DNA of 64,000 nt from Rickettsiales bacterium (GCA_013214525.1 JABSSG010000014.1:169503-233502), one strand, 5' to 3'. Counted from the stretch's first letter, positions 1 to 10,150 are shown. Numbers and translations are program-made. Notes: generated from the sequence alone by a model not told the origin.

Positions 1-1304
1 CATCTTGCACCGATCACATCTACTGCTGCTTTTCCTTTTGATCTTAGATGTGGTTCTGCAGGAATAAAGCTCATTTCTTTTGTGATATCGAAAAAAGAAT
101 ATTTGAAGGTTTTTGTTAGACCGTATTGTAAACCTCCTACCATTACAGTCATAAAAAATATATCGAGTCCATATTGGTTGGCATAAGGTGTTATATAATC
201 TCCAAAAAACGAGAATAAGAAAAATAGCGTTCCTACAATAGCCATTGAAACTGGAAGTATCATAGTGCCGAATAGCCATCCGAATGTTCTCAATACAAAT
301 CCACCGAGAAATAGACAAATCATAGCCCCTAGCCCAACATATGTTGTAATCTGACCCATGAAACGAGAGTAGCTTACCGTATCAGTATATAATTGACCAG
401 TTCTCATTCTCCACACACCCTCAAATAAGTTTAGACAAGTACCATATGACATTATTGCGATAACAATTAATAAAAGATATTTTGATGAAAGAATTATCTT
501 AAAACTCTCTATAACCGTTAATTTGGGTTTCAGTTCTTCTGCTTTTTTAGCAACAATGTTTTTAACATAATGTCTTCTTGCTTTAATAATATTGTATCTA
601 AGCATAATCATTGTCATTATAGTCATAAAACTTGCTATGATCATGGAGTTTTGGATAAAATATTCTTTATTTATCTTTGAGGTTAGAAAAGTAACAGCAA
701 GCCCAGAAGTAAAAGCACCAATATGTCCGATGAAAGAATAAGCAGGATATAATCTTTTTGCTTCTGATGTTTTGGTTGTTAAGTTTGCAAATTGCCAAAA
801 TAATAAAAATATCATAATTGAGCCCCAGATTTCAGCCATTACATAGTAAAGAGCAAAGGGCCATTTTCCATATATTTTTAAAAACCACTTAAAGTGATCT
901 AAATTAATCGTAAAAAAAAATAAATTGAGGTCGCTTTGTACGAGCTTTTCAATAGTGCTGGCATTTGCAGTAAAAAACTCTTGATTTGGGTGAAGGATAA
1001 AACCAAAGCATAAGAAAAATAATAAAAAAACTAAACCAAAATAATAAAATATTGTTTCAAATTTGAGTCTCTCCGATAGATAAGTATAAATAATGACAAC
1101 TAAAAGAGCAGCAGGCGTTACTGCATACATTTTTACGAAATTAGTGGCTTCTGGCCCGATATTTGTAACAATAAGAGAATCTTTTAAAGGCCTGAGGAAA
1201 TCATAATTGAACAAGATAAAAAAAAACATCATGCCCATCGAGATACATTTTTGTATTTCATCTTTATGGATAGGCATTAATGTGAAGGCAATTTTTTTTA
1301 ACAT
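1..1304 (-). CDS. tlc: ATP/ADP (nucleotide) translocase, NTT/Tlc family; 3' end runs out of the window
   Basis: Not in the ORF track. Manual translation from the ATG at 1304 gives MLKKIAFTLMPIHKDE...FNYDFLRPLKDSLIV...AEIWGS...LFWQFAN...KYSFFDITKEMSFIPAEPHLRSKGKAAVDVIGAR, all hallmark NTT motifs. Confidence 0.93.
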   Translation of the reverse strand, partial: MLKKIAFTLMPIHKDEIQKCISMGMMFFFILFNYDFLRPLKDSLIVTNIGPEATNFVKMYAVTPAALLVVIIYTYLSERLKFETIFYYFGLVFLLFFLCFGFILHPNQEFFTANASTIEKLVQSDLNLFFFTINLDHFKWFLKIYGKWPFALYYVMAEIWGSIMIFLLFWQFANLTTKTSEAKRLYPAYSFIGHIGAFTSGLAVTFLTSKINKEYFIQNSMIIASFMTIMTMIMLRYNIIKARRHYVKNIVAKKAEELKPKLTVIESFKIILSSKYLLLIVIAIMSYGTCLNLFEGVWRMRTGQLYTDTVSYSRFMGQITTYVGLGAMICLFLGGFVLRTFGWLFGTMILPVSMAIVGTLFFLFSFFGDYITPYANQYGLDIFFMTVMVGGLQYGLTKTFKYSFFDITKEMSFIPAEPHLRSKGKAAVDVIGAR

Positions 1305-1376
1305 GGCTTTTAAGTTGAGTTAAATTTTACTTAGTATATATTGATATTCATATCTTGCAAGTTATAAATTTTGAGC

Positions 1377-1940
1377 ATGGCTATAAAAAATACATTAAAG
1401 ATGTTAGATGATATTTTAATAACGGGGGTAAGCAAAGAAAAAGGAAATTACCCTATTAATAAACTTGAAGCACATGTTGAAGGGGTATTTCATCTAGCGA
1501 TTTCTATATTTTTAATTAATGAAAAAGGAGAGCTTTTATTACAAAGAAGATCTTTGAGTAAATATCATTCTGAAGGTTTATGGGCTAATTCATGTTGTAG
1601 CCATCCTTCATTTGGTGAAAATGAAGAGGGGTGTGCCTATCGTAGATTGAAAGAAGAGCTTGGTGTACAAAGTAACCTAACTACAATCAATAAAATTGAC
1701 TATAAATGTGATGTTGGAAATTTAATAGAGAATGAAAGGGTAACGTGGTTTAGGGGTTTTTTGGATTCCAGCCAAGTCATTGATTTTAATAAAGAAGAAG
1801 TTATGGATGTGAGTTGGATATCCATAGATAATCTTGAGAAGGCAGTTAAAGAAAAGCCGCAAATTTTTGCTAACTGGTTACATAGGTATTTGTCAGTTGG
1901 GCTTGTTGATATTTTACAGAGTAGTGTACAATATGTCTGA
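1377..1940 (+). CDS. idi: Isopentenyl-diphosphate delta-isomerase, type I (NUDIX fold)
   Basis: KLEAH..G.FHLAISIF, LLLQRRS..KYH, WANSCCSHP, RRLKEELG and ENE motifs. Start could be 1371, 1377 or 1401. Confidence 0.92.
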   Translation: MAIKNTLKMLDDILITGVSKEKGNYPINKLEAHVEGVFHLAISIFLINEKGELLLQRRSLSKYHSEGLWANSCCSHPSFGENEEGCAYRRLKEELGVQSNLTTINKIDYKCDVGNLIENERVTWFRGFLDSSQVIDFNKEEVMDVSWISIDNLEKAVKEKPQIFANWLHRYLSVGLVDILQSSVQYV

Positions 1941-2081
1941 AGTTTTCAGTTTTTAAGCATCATGGATATAAGAAATGTGTTTCATGGTATCCTTCATAAA
2001 TATATAGATTATTTAGCCTTTTTTCAATATAGTAGTAGCTTGCTAGAATAATAAACTCAATCTTAAATAAGAAAATTTTTG

Positions 2082-3131
2082 ATGTTAAATGACGTAGAGT
2101 CGGGCACAATGATTCCGACAAAGATTGTAAAATCTATAAAAGTAAAAGGTGTTTATGCAGAAGGTGATTTTTCTGTGCCTGTTGCAACTTATGAAACTAC
2201 TCTTTGGCCAAGTATACAACGTGGAGCTAATGTAACAAGTGATGCGGGTGGAATCAATGTTTCTGTGTTAAAAGATATTATGACTCGTTCTGTATTATTG
2301 GAAGCAGATAGAGTTAGCACTCCTGCTTCGATTGAAACAAGTTTAAAAGAAGCAATTATTGATATGCAGGAAGTTACTAAGTCTACTAGTGCTTTTTGTA
2401 GGTTGGAAAAGTTTGATACTAAAATATTAGGAAATTTAATATTTTTACGATTTACCTTTAATACAGGTGAAGCTTCAGGTCATAATATGACTACAAAAGC
2501 TTCAGATAGTTTAATTCAATGGATCTTAAAAAAACATGATGGTTTGAGATATATTTCAATATCGGGTAATTATTGTGTTGATAAAAAGAATTCTGCAGTT
2601 AACAGCATTATGGGGCGAGGGAAATATGTTGTTGCGGATGTAGAGATTAATCGTGATCTTTGTAAAAAATATCTAAGATCTACACCAGAAAAAATTGTAG
2701 ACATTAATATCAAAAAAAATCTTTTAGGGAGTATAGTTTCAGGAAGTGTATGTTCTGCAAATGCACATTTTGCTAATATTTTACTTGGTATTTATTTAAG
2801 TACTGGTCAAGATGCTGCTAATATTGTGGAGGGATCTCAAGGTGTAACTCATGCAGAAGTAAAAAATGGTAATTTATATTTCTCTGTAACTTTACCTAAT
2901 ATAATAATAGGGACAGTTGGGAATGGTAAAGATCTAAGTTTTGTGAAAAATAATCTCGAGATTATGGGATGTGCAGAGATAGCGAATAACTCTACAACTT
3001 CTAGAAAGCTTGCTTCTATAATTGCAGCAGCAGTGTTGTGTGGGGAGCTTTCTTTATTAGCTGCACAAACAAATCAAGGTGAACTTACAAAAAGCCATAT
3101 GTATTATGAACGAGGTACAAAGAATGCATAG
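2082..3131 (+). CDS. mvaA: HMG-CoA reductase, catalytic-domain-only bacterial type
   Basis: VPVATYETTLWPS, TGEASGHNMTT, SISGNYCVDKK, GRGK, TGQDAANIVEGSQG, GTVGNGK, CGELSLLAA and C-terminal His. Confidence 0.93.
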   Translation: MLNDVESGTMIPTKIVKSIKVKGVYAEGDFSVPVATYETTLWPSIQRGANVTSDAGGINVSVLKDIMTRSVLLEADRVSTPASIETSLKEAIIDMQEVTKSTSAFCRLEKFDTKILGNLIFLRFTFNTGEASGHNMTTKASDSLIQWILKKHDGLRYISISGNYCVDKKNSAVNSIMGRGKYVVADVEINRDLCKKYLRSTPEKIVDINIKKNLLGSIVSGSVCSANAHFANILLGIYLSTGQDAANIVEGSQGVTHAEVKNGNLYFSVTLPNIIIGTVGNGKDLSFVKNNLEIMGCAEIANNSTTSRKLASIIAAAVLCGELSLLAAQTNQGELTKSHMYYERGTKNA

Positions 3132-4323
3132 TTGTAAATCACGAAACTATAAAGTTGGTATAGATGCAATAAAATTTTATGTGCCAAACTATGTATTGAA
3201 TTTGTCTGATTTAGCAGAAGCTAGAAATATACATGATAATAAGTATAAAAATTCATATGGCCAGGAAAAAATGTCTGTGCCGTCTATAGATGAGGATATT
3301 GTTACAATGTCAGCAAATGCTGCTATAGAGGTTATGAAAGATGTTAATAAGGATGAGATAGGATTTTTAATTTTAGCGACTGAAACAGGTATTGATGCTT
3401 CTAAATCAGCAGGGATGTTTATTCATAGATTGCTTAATTTACCGAAGGATTGCAGAGTATTAGAGTTGAAACAAGCATGTTATAGTGGGACAGGTGGAAT
3501 AGCGTTAAGCATACCATTTTTACGTCAAAATCCTAATAAGAAAATATTACTAATTACAGCTGATATTGCTAAATATACTATTTGTAGTGCCGCTGAATCT
3601 TCAGGTGGTGCTGCTGCGGTTGCTATGATCTTGTCTGTTAACCCTCGTATTTTAGAAATAGAACAACCGAGCGGCGTATACACGGAAGATAGCATGGATT
3701 TCTGGCGTCCTAATTATGCAGAGGAACCAATATTAAATAGTAAATTATCTTGCAATTTATATATGAAGTTTTTATGTGAGTCTTTTGATGATTATATAAA
3801 AAAAGGCGGTACTAATTTAGATAATATAGATTATTTTTGTTATCATTTATCTGTACCTAGATTGACAATTACTGCTCATAAGCGTCTATATAAATATATT
3901 AAAAATAAATCTATAACAAATGAGGTTCTAAAGAGGCATATTGAGGCTTCGTCTATATATGGTAAACATATAGGGAATTGTTACACAGCTTCTTTATATC
4001 TCAGCTTAATTTCTCTTCTGGACAATGAATCATGTGATCTTTCTGGAAAGAGAATTGCCTTTTATAGTTATGGATCAGGTAGCATTAGTGAATTTTTTTC
4101 TGGTGTAGTAAAAACAAAATACAAAGATTATATTGATCCTGAATATAATAAGAAGCTTATAGATAGACGAGAAAAAATTTCTGTAGAGCAATATGAAAAA
4201 TGGCATAGATATTTATATCCGACGGATGGTTCAAAACTAGAATTACCAATCTTGAAGAAAAATGGTTATAGATTGTCTGGTTTTGAAAAACACATGAGAA
4301 TATATGAAGAAAATAGTAGCTAA
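3124..4323 (+). CDS. mvaS: HMG-CoA synthase
   Basis: VGIDAI, EDIVTM, ATETGIDASKS, ELKQACYSGT (catalytic Cys), DFWRPNY, GNCYTASLY and SYGSG. The ATG at 3124 follows GAGG and overlaps the HMGR stop. Confidence 0.94.
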   Translation: MHSCKSRNYKVGIDAIKFYVPNYVLNLSDLAEARNIHDNKYKNSYGQEKMSVPSIDEDIVTMSANAAIEVMKDVNKDEIGFLILATETGIDASKSAGMFIHRLLNLPKDCRVLELKQACYSGTGGIALSIPFLRQNPNKKILLITADIAKYTICSAAESSGGAAAVAMILSVNPRILEIEQPSGVYTEDSMDFWRPNYAEEPILNSKLSCNLYMKFLCESFDDYIKKGGTNLDNIDYFCYHLSVPRLTITAHKRLYKYIKNKSITNEVLKRHIEASSIYGKHIGNCYTASLYLSLISLLDNESCDLSGKRIAFYSYGSGSISEFFSGVVKTKYKDYIDPEYNKKLIDRREKISVEQYEKWHRYLYPTDGSKLELPILKKNGYRLSGFEKHMRIYEENSS

Positions 4324-5311
4324 AGCTCCAGGGAAATTAATTTTGACAGGAGAGTATTCAGTTCTTTATAACATGCCAGCAATTGTTTTTACAATAGACA
4401 AGGCTACTACAACTACGGCGAAATTATTAGAGGATAAAATTGTAGTTATAGAGCTAAAAGATTTTAATTTAATAGAAAGTTTCTCACAATATTTTTTAAA
4501 TAGACGTTATTTGTTTATACGAAATAAATACAATCAATTTTTATCAGGAGTATTGTCAATAGATAAAGTATTAGAGATTCCTGTAGATGTATGTTGTTTT
4601 TTAATTGGATATATTTTTGATAGGTTTAAAATAAAGCAGGGCATAGAACTATCTATAGAATCTACTATTCCTATAGGTGCTGGTTTTGGATCTTCTGCCG
4701 CTTTTGTTGTTAGTCTGCTTAAATCATTGGATGCCCTTTTTAGTCTGAATTTGAATCAAGAAGAATTTTTTCAAATTGCTTTGAAGGGCGAAAAGTTGAT
4801 ACATGGTAGTTCAAGTGGAGTTGATGTCAGAGCATCTTTGATAGGTGGCAGTAATTATTTGGATGGTGGTATTTCTGCTATAGATATAAAAGATTTTGAA
4901 TTTTTTTCTATTTTTACAGGCAAACCTGAAGCATCTACAGGAGAGTCAATCTCAAAAGTAAAGAATATATTAAAAACATCAGATAAATTACAAATGTTTA
5001 AAAAAGTTGCATTAAAGCTTAAAGATGCAATTGAGAATAAAAATTTATTAGATGTTATGTCTCAAATTAAAACTAACCATGCTTTGCTTAAAGAATTAGG
5101 TGTAGTACCCCAAAAAGTTCAAGAGTTCATAAAGGAAATAGAAGCAAACAATTGTGCCGCTAAAATATCCGGTAGTGGTGCTGTCGCAGGAGAGAATGCT
5201 GGTGTCGTGATCTCAATGGGTAATTTTACCTCCATAAGCAAGATTGCTAAAAAATTTGGTTATACTGTGAGTAAAATTAAGCAATCTAGTAAAGGTGCTT
5301 ATGCTTTATAA
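4304..5311 (+). CDS. mvk: Mevalonate kinase (GHMP family)
   Basis: APGKLILTGEYSVLY, IPIGAGFGSSAA, HGSSSGVD, AKISGSG, plus operon context. Confidence 0.88.
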   Translation: MKKIVAKAPGKLILTGEYSVLYNMPAIVFTIDKATTTTAKLLEDKIVVIELKDFNLIESFSQYFLNRRYLFIRNKYNQFLSGVLSIDKVLEIPVDVCCFLIGYIFDRFKIKQGIELSIESTIPIGAGFGSSAAFVVSLLKSLDALFSLNLNQEEFFQIALKGEKLIHGSSSGVDVRASLIGGSNYLDGGISAIDIKDFEFFSIFTGKPEASTGESISKVKNILKTSDKLQMFKKVALKLKDAIENKNLLDVMSQIKTNHALLKELGVVPQKVQEFIKEIEANNCAAKISGSGAVAGENAGVVISMGNFTSISKIAKKFGYTVSKIKQSSKGAYAL

Positions 5312-7247
5312 AACAAAAACTCTCGGTAGTATTATGATAATGGGAGAACATAGTGTTTTGCATTCTCATCCTTCTATAGCAGCATCTATTGATAAATATA
5401 TTTATGTTACTGTAAAAAAAAATAATCTTAGAAAAATCCATATAAATTCTGATTATTTTGGTAAATATGAAACATATATTTCTCAAATAAAACCATCTAA
5501 AGATTTTGATATTATTTTAGCGGTTCTGGAAAAATATAGAGAATTTTTGAGCGAAGGTATTGATGTTGAGGTTAAATCAGATTTTTCTCCTGAATTTGGT
5601 CTAGGGTCTTCTACGGCAGTGCTTGTAGGTGTTATTTCTAGTTTAATGTTGATGCTTAAGAGAAAAATAACAAAACAAGAACTTTTGCTAGAAGCTATTA
5701 CTATTCTTAAAAAAATTAGAGGAGCTGCATCTGGTAGCGATATAGCAGCAAGTATTTATGAGGGAGTAATTTATTTTGACCCTAGAAGCTATGTAGTAGA
5801 AAGGATAGCAGATTATTTACCAATAATAGTTGCCTATTCTGGATATAAAACCAAAACAGAAGATGTGATTAAGAAAATTAATTTTGAATCTCAGGATCAT
5901 CATTTAGATATCGATGATATTTATTTAAAAAATGGTAATCTGACCAAAGAAGCTGCAATAGCAATTCGTAATAAAGATTATGTTAAATTGGGAATGATTA
6001 TGAAGTTTTCAAATGATATTCTTTACAAGCAGCTAAATTTAGTGACTGATGAGCTACAAGATATCTTAGAAAAATTTAAAAAAGAAAAATCTATCTATGG
6101 TGCAAAAATATCGGGAGCAGGTCTTGGTGATTGTGCAATAGCTCTTTCTAAAAACACAAAGTCTTGCGTTTTTATGGATATGCAAACATTGCCAGTTTCT
6201 ATAGCATCTAATTTTATAAATAAAATATCTATAACGGAAGATGAGGTAGGTTTAAAAAAAATAGATATAGTAAAGAAAATATTAGGCAACAAACTATATA
6301 ATAAATCTAGTAAAAGATCTGCAACTGCATTTGCTCCTTCAAATATTGCTATTTGTAAATATTGGGGCAAAAGGAATGAAGAATTGCATTTGCCTGTAAA
6401 TAGCAGTTTGTCTATTTCTTTAAATAATCTAGGGTCTAAGACAACAATATCTTTAGCTGAAGAAGATAAAGTTGAATTAAATGGACATATTTTAAATTCT
6501 TCAGATCAGTTTGCATCTAAAATATTTGATTTCATAAATTTGTTTAGACAACAGAATAACTTTAAGTTGTTCGTTAAGATTCAGTCGAATATTCCAATTG
6601 CTGCAGGGCTTGCTTCTTCAGCTGCGGGTTTTGCCGCATTGACTTTGGTGCTTAATAATTTTTTTGATTGGCAACTGAATACTAAAGAATTATCTATATT
6701 GGCAAGGTTAGGAAGTGGTAGTGCTGCACGTTCTATTGAAAGAGGCTTTATTAAATGGCATAAGGGTTCTAGGGAAGATGGCATGGATAGCTATACAGAA
6801 AAACTTTTATTAAACTGGTCTGATTTGTGTTGTGGTATATTGATCGTGAGTAAACAGGAAAAACATATTTCATCTAGGGATGCTATGAAAATAACAAAAG
6901 AGACCTCGCCTCTTTTTAAAACATGGTCTAACAAGGCTATGCAAGATATACATCTTCTTATTTCTGCAATAAAAAGAAAAAACTTTGTGCAATTTGGTGA
7001 AATTTTGGAAGCTAATTCAAATAGCATGCATAAAATGATGGCTACGTCTTCTCCTAGCTTGATTTACAAAAATTCCTCTACGGAGAAATTAATTTCTAAA
7101 ATAAAATCTTGTAGAACAAAAATGGAAATTCCAGTATTTTATACGCAAGATGCTGGACCTAATTTAGTAATCTTTTTTGAAAAGAAAAATTTTTTAAAGG
7201 TCAAAACTTTCTTTTCTAATGAAGCTATGATTTGTGAGCCAGTTTGA
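5301..7247 (+). CDS. Fused phosphomevalonate kinase (N-terminal half) and diphosphomevalonate decarboxylase (C-terminal half)
   Basis: N-half is a GHMP kinase (GSIMIMGEHSVL, GLGSSTAV, SGSDIAAS, KISGAGLGDC). C-half is MVD (APSNIAICKYWGKR, LPVNSSLSISL, AAGLASSAAGFAAL, ARLGSGSAARS, TQDAGPN). One continuous frame. Confidence 0.9.
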   Translation: MLYKTKTLGSIMIMGEHSVLHSHPSIAASIDKYIYVTVKKNNLRKIHINSDYFGKYETYISQIKPSKDFDIILAVLEKYREFLSEGIDVEVKSDFSPEFGLGSSTAVLVGVISSLMLMLKRKITKQELLLEAITILKKIRGAASGSDIAASIYEGVIYFDPRSYVVERIADYLPIIVAYSGYKTKTEDVIKKINFESQDHHLDIDDIYLKNGNLTKEAAIAIRNKDYVKLGMIMKFSNDILYKQLNLVTDELQDILEKFKKEKSIYGAKISGAGLGDCAIALSKNTKSCVFMDMQTLPVSIASNFINKISITEDEVGLKKIDIVKKILGNKLYNKSSKRSATAFAPSNIAICKYWGKRNEELHLPVNSSLSISLNNLGSKTTISLAEEDKVELNGHILNSSDQFASKIFDFINLFRQQNNFKLFVKIQSNIPIAAGLASSAAGFAALTLVLNNFFDWQLNTKELSILARLGSGSAARSIERGFIKWHKGSREDGMDSYTEKLLLNWSDLCCGILIVSKQEKHISSRDAMKITKETSPLFKTWSNKAMQDIHLLISAIKRKNFVQFGEILEANSNSMHKMMATSSPSLIYKNSSTEKLISKIKSCRTKMEIPVFYTQDAGPNLVIFFEKKNFLKVKTFFSNEAMICEPV

Positions 7248-7307
7248 AATAGGGACACTCATCGTGTTTGAGGATTTTAATTTTTAAATTTTATATTTAA
7301 AATATTT

Positions 7308-8009
7308 ATGAAAAGTTTCAATGCTCCAAAACATATAGCATTTATAATGGATGGCAATAGACGTTGGGCAAAATCACGAGGTCTACCAACTATAGAAGGG
7401 CATAGAAAAGCTGTACAAAATGTTACTAAGATTGTTGAGGTTTCTGATAAAATTGGTATAGAGTATCTTACTTTTTATATGTTCTCTTCAGAAAATTGGT
7501 ATAGATCTGCTGAGGAGGTGAAAGGCTTAATGTCTTTATTTGAATTTTATATCAAAAAAGAGAGTAATAAGTTACTTGAGAAAAATGCTAAAGTAACATT
7601 TATTGGGAATCTATCTAAACTTCCATCTAATCTTCAAAGGATGGTTGAAGACTTAATGGAAAAATCTAGTAAAAATTCAGGGATACATGTAATATTAGCG
7701 GTAAGTTATGGTAGTAGAGAAGAAATATTACGTGCTGCCAAAGAAATGGCTATACAATATAAGCAGGGATCTTATTCTCTTGATAAGATTGATGAAAATT
7801 TATTTAAAAGATTTCTGTATGTTGATGTTCCTGATCCTGATTTATTGATTAGATCTGGTGGTGAAGTTAGAATCAGTAATTATTTATTATGGCAAATAGC
7901 ATATACAGAGCTATATTTTATAGAAAAACATTGGCCTGATTTTACTGTTGAGGATTTAGAGGAAGCAATATTAGAATTTCAAAGAAGAGAGAGGCGATAT
8001 GGTAGGTAA
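7308..8009 (+). CDS. uppS: Undecaprenyl diphosphate synthase
   Basis: PKHIAFIMDGNRRWA, FSSENWYR, DPDLLIRSGGEVRISNYLLWQ, RRERRYG. Confidence 0.97.
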   Translation: MKSFNAPKHIAFIMDGNRRWAKSRGLPTIEGHRKAVQNVTKIVEVSDKIGIEYLTFYMFSSENWYRSAEEVKGLMSLFEFYIKKESNKLLEKNAKVTFIGNLSKLPSNLQRMVEDLMEKSSKNSGIHVILAVSYGSREEILRAAKEMAIQYKQGSYSLDKIDENLFKRFLYVDVPDPDLLIRSGGEVRISNYLLWQIAYTELYFIEKHWPDFTVEDLEEAILEFQRRERRYGR

Positions 8010-8670
8010 AATTAATTTGAAGAATAATAATTTAATTATGCGGAGTATATCTGCTATTTTACTAATACCATTGGTAATTTATATTATTTTAGATGGATCT
8101 ATAATTTTTTATGCTTCCATAGGATTAATAGCTGTATTAATGGCTACAGAATGGCGTCGTATAATAAGAAACCTAAAGCAGAAATTTAGATGGACTGTAT
8201 TTGCATTAATTTATATCACCTTATTTGTAGTGTCTTTAGTTTGGATTAGATATCAAGAAATGGGTAAATCTTTATTATTATGGTTGATTGTTACTACTTG
8301 GATGGCAGATACTGGTGCTTTTATTTTTGGCAAAATAATAGGAGGCGCTAAGCTTGTTCCCAAAATTAGTCCTAAAAAAACTTGGGCAGGTTTAATAGGA
8401 GCGATAATGTTTGCTGGTGTGAGTGGTCTCATTTTTAGTAAAAGCTTAAATATGTTTGATACTTATAAATTTATTTGGTTTACTATAGTGTTGGGTATCT
8501 TAGCTCAATTAGGTGATTTATCTGTATCTTGGGTTAAAAGAAAGGCTGATATAAAAAATAGTGGTGAAATTATTCCAGGTCACGGAGGGATTTTAGATAG
8601 AGTAGATAGTTTGACAATGTGTTCTGTTATATTAGCTGTATTTTTGATTTTTTTTAGACATTGTTTATAG
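7999..8670 (+). CDS. cdsA: Phosphatidate cytidylyltransferase
   Basis: DTGAF..GK, ISPKKTWAG, GDLSVSWVKR, IPGHGGILDRVDS. Confidence 0.96.
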   Translation: MVGKINLKNNNLIMRSISAILLIPLVIYIILDGSIIFYASIGLIAVLMATEWRRIIRNLKQKFRWTVFALIYITLFVVSLVWIRYQEMGKSLLLWLIVTTWMADTGAFIFGKIIGGAKLVPKISPKKTWAGLIGAIMFAGVSGLIFSKSLNMFDTYKFIWFTIVLGILAQLGDLSVSWVKRKADIKNSGEIIPGHGGILDRVDSLTMCSVILAVFLIFFRHCL

Positions 8671-8830
8671 TATCTTAGAGAAGTATATATAAAGAAGCAG
8701 GTTATTCTTTTGCTTATTAGAAGATGTTAATAATATTTATTTTTCCTCTGAATTTTTTAAAAAATAAATTGATATAGTAATATAAATGAAGATAATAGGG
8801 TATGTGTAATTAAAAAATTATTTTCATAAA

Positions 8831-10150
8831 ATGACTACCGTAGACTTACAAAATATAAAAGAACAAATTAATGCATTATCTTATAGTCAGAAAAAATATG
8901 CATGGCGAGCATTTGAGATTTTAAAAGACACAGAATATATTAATCGATCTCCAAAATTTGTCTCTCAGTATCATATATGGGTGCTTGAGGAATACGAGTC
9001 GGAGCATGCACTGATTGCAGTTAAGATAGGTGATGCGTTAAATGCGTTAGGGTATAATCAACAGAATAAAGCTTGGGAAACTATAAAAATGTTAGGTCAT
9101 GAAGAATATGAGAAAGCTTTATCAATTTATCAATCTATTAAAGCGTTATCATATGGTCAACCAAAATATGCATGGCAAGCATTTGAGATTTTAAAAGACA
9201 CAGAATATGTTAGTCAATCTCCAAAGTTTACTTCTCAGTATCATATTCGGATGCTTGAAGAGTATGGGAATAATAAAGTTAAATTTGTTCTTAGCGTATT
9301 TGATAGAATTAGATTGAAAGAGCTTAATGAAAATCAAAAAAATATTCTTTGTGATGTTGTTATTTCTTTAAAGGAAGATGAGCACATTGCGAATAAAATT
9401 CTTGATATGCTAATGCATGAAAATTTTTTTATAGTAGCTTTACAAGATTTGGAATTTGTCAGAGATATATTGACTGAATATACTGAAATTAAGTATCTAA
9501 TTGATCAAAGTGACTTTATAAAAACTCAGTTTACAGAAGAACAAATAGATAGGTTAAGTAAAAAAGGCATATTAGATCAGTTCCCACTATTATTACATCC
9601 TAGTAGTGATGAGTTTGAAAATATAAATATAAATACAGTACGATATGTTTTAGAAACTGGTTATGATTCAAGTTATAGAGATAAATTAGGGAATGCACCT
9701 AAACATTTATCGATTTGTTCTGCGTATAATCAAATGATGTATAAAATTAGTCAATGTTCTCGAAGTATGATTTTTAATGATGATATAAAGTGCAATTTCA
9801 ATACTTATCATGATGAAGTTAATAATAAGCCAAAGCAGTATGAATATGAGTGTGAACAATCTACTACGATTCAAGGTACTGTCATTGATTGGAGTTCTAG
9901 CACTAGTGGTGTAGGGATATCTTATAAATGCAAGCATGAAATATCCTCAGGGGTAGAGAGATTCAGCGTCAGTGATATTGAGATTATGCAAAACCGAATA
10001 TTTGACTCAACCTATGTAAAGCTATTAACTGAGTATAGTTCTGAAGATGAGCAAACTAACATTTTAGGGCAGAATATATCGTTTATACAGAACTTTTGTC
10101 ATGAGTTATCTGGTGATAAGAGTGATATTTTATTGCATGATGAACTTTAA
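8831..10150 (+). CDS. Orphan protein with an internal ~43-aa repeat, ending in HDEL; candidate effector
   Basis: 439-aa ORF with no recognisable family motif; carries an internal duplication. Confidence 0.75.
   Translation: MTTVDLQNIKEQINALSYSQKKYAWRAFEILKDTEYINRSPKFVSQYHIWVLEEYESEHALIAVKIGDALNALGYNQQNKAWETIKMLGHEEYEKALSIYQSIKALSYGQPKYAWQAFEILKDTEYVSQSPKFTSQYHIRMLEEYGNNKVKFVLSVFDRIRLKELNENQKNILCDVVISLKEDEHIANKILDMLMHENFFIVALQDLEFVRDILTEYTEIKYLIDQSDFIKTQFTEEQIDRLSKKGILDQFPLLLHPSSDEFENININTVRYVLETGYDSSYRDKLGNAPKHLSICSAYNQMMYKISQCSRSMIFNDDIKCNFNTYHDEVNNKPKQYEYECEQSTTIQGTVIDWSSSTSGVGISYKCKHEISSGVERFSVSDIEIMQNRIFDSTYVKLLTEYSSEDEQTNILGQNISFIQNFCHELSGDKSDILLHDEL
8867..9265 (+). repeat. Intragenic direct repeat (~8867-8995 vs ~9137-9265, 270-bp period)
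   Basis: INALSYSQKKYAWRAFEILKDTEYINRSPKFVSQYHIWVLEEY vs IKALSYGQPKYAWQAFEILKDTEYVSQSPKFTSQYHIRMLEEY, with a degenerate partial unit (LNALGYNQQNKAWETIKML) in between. Confidence 0.9.
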
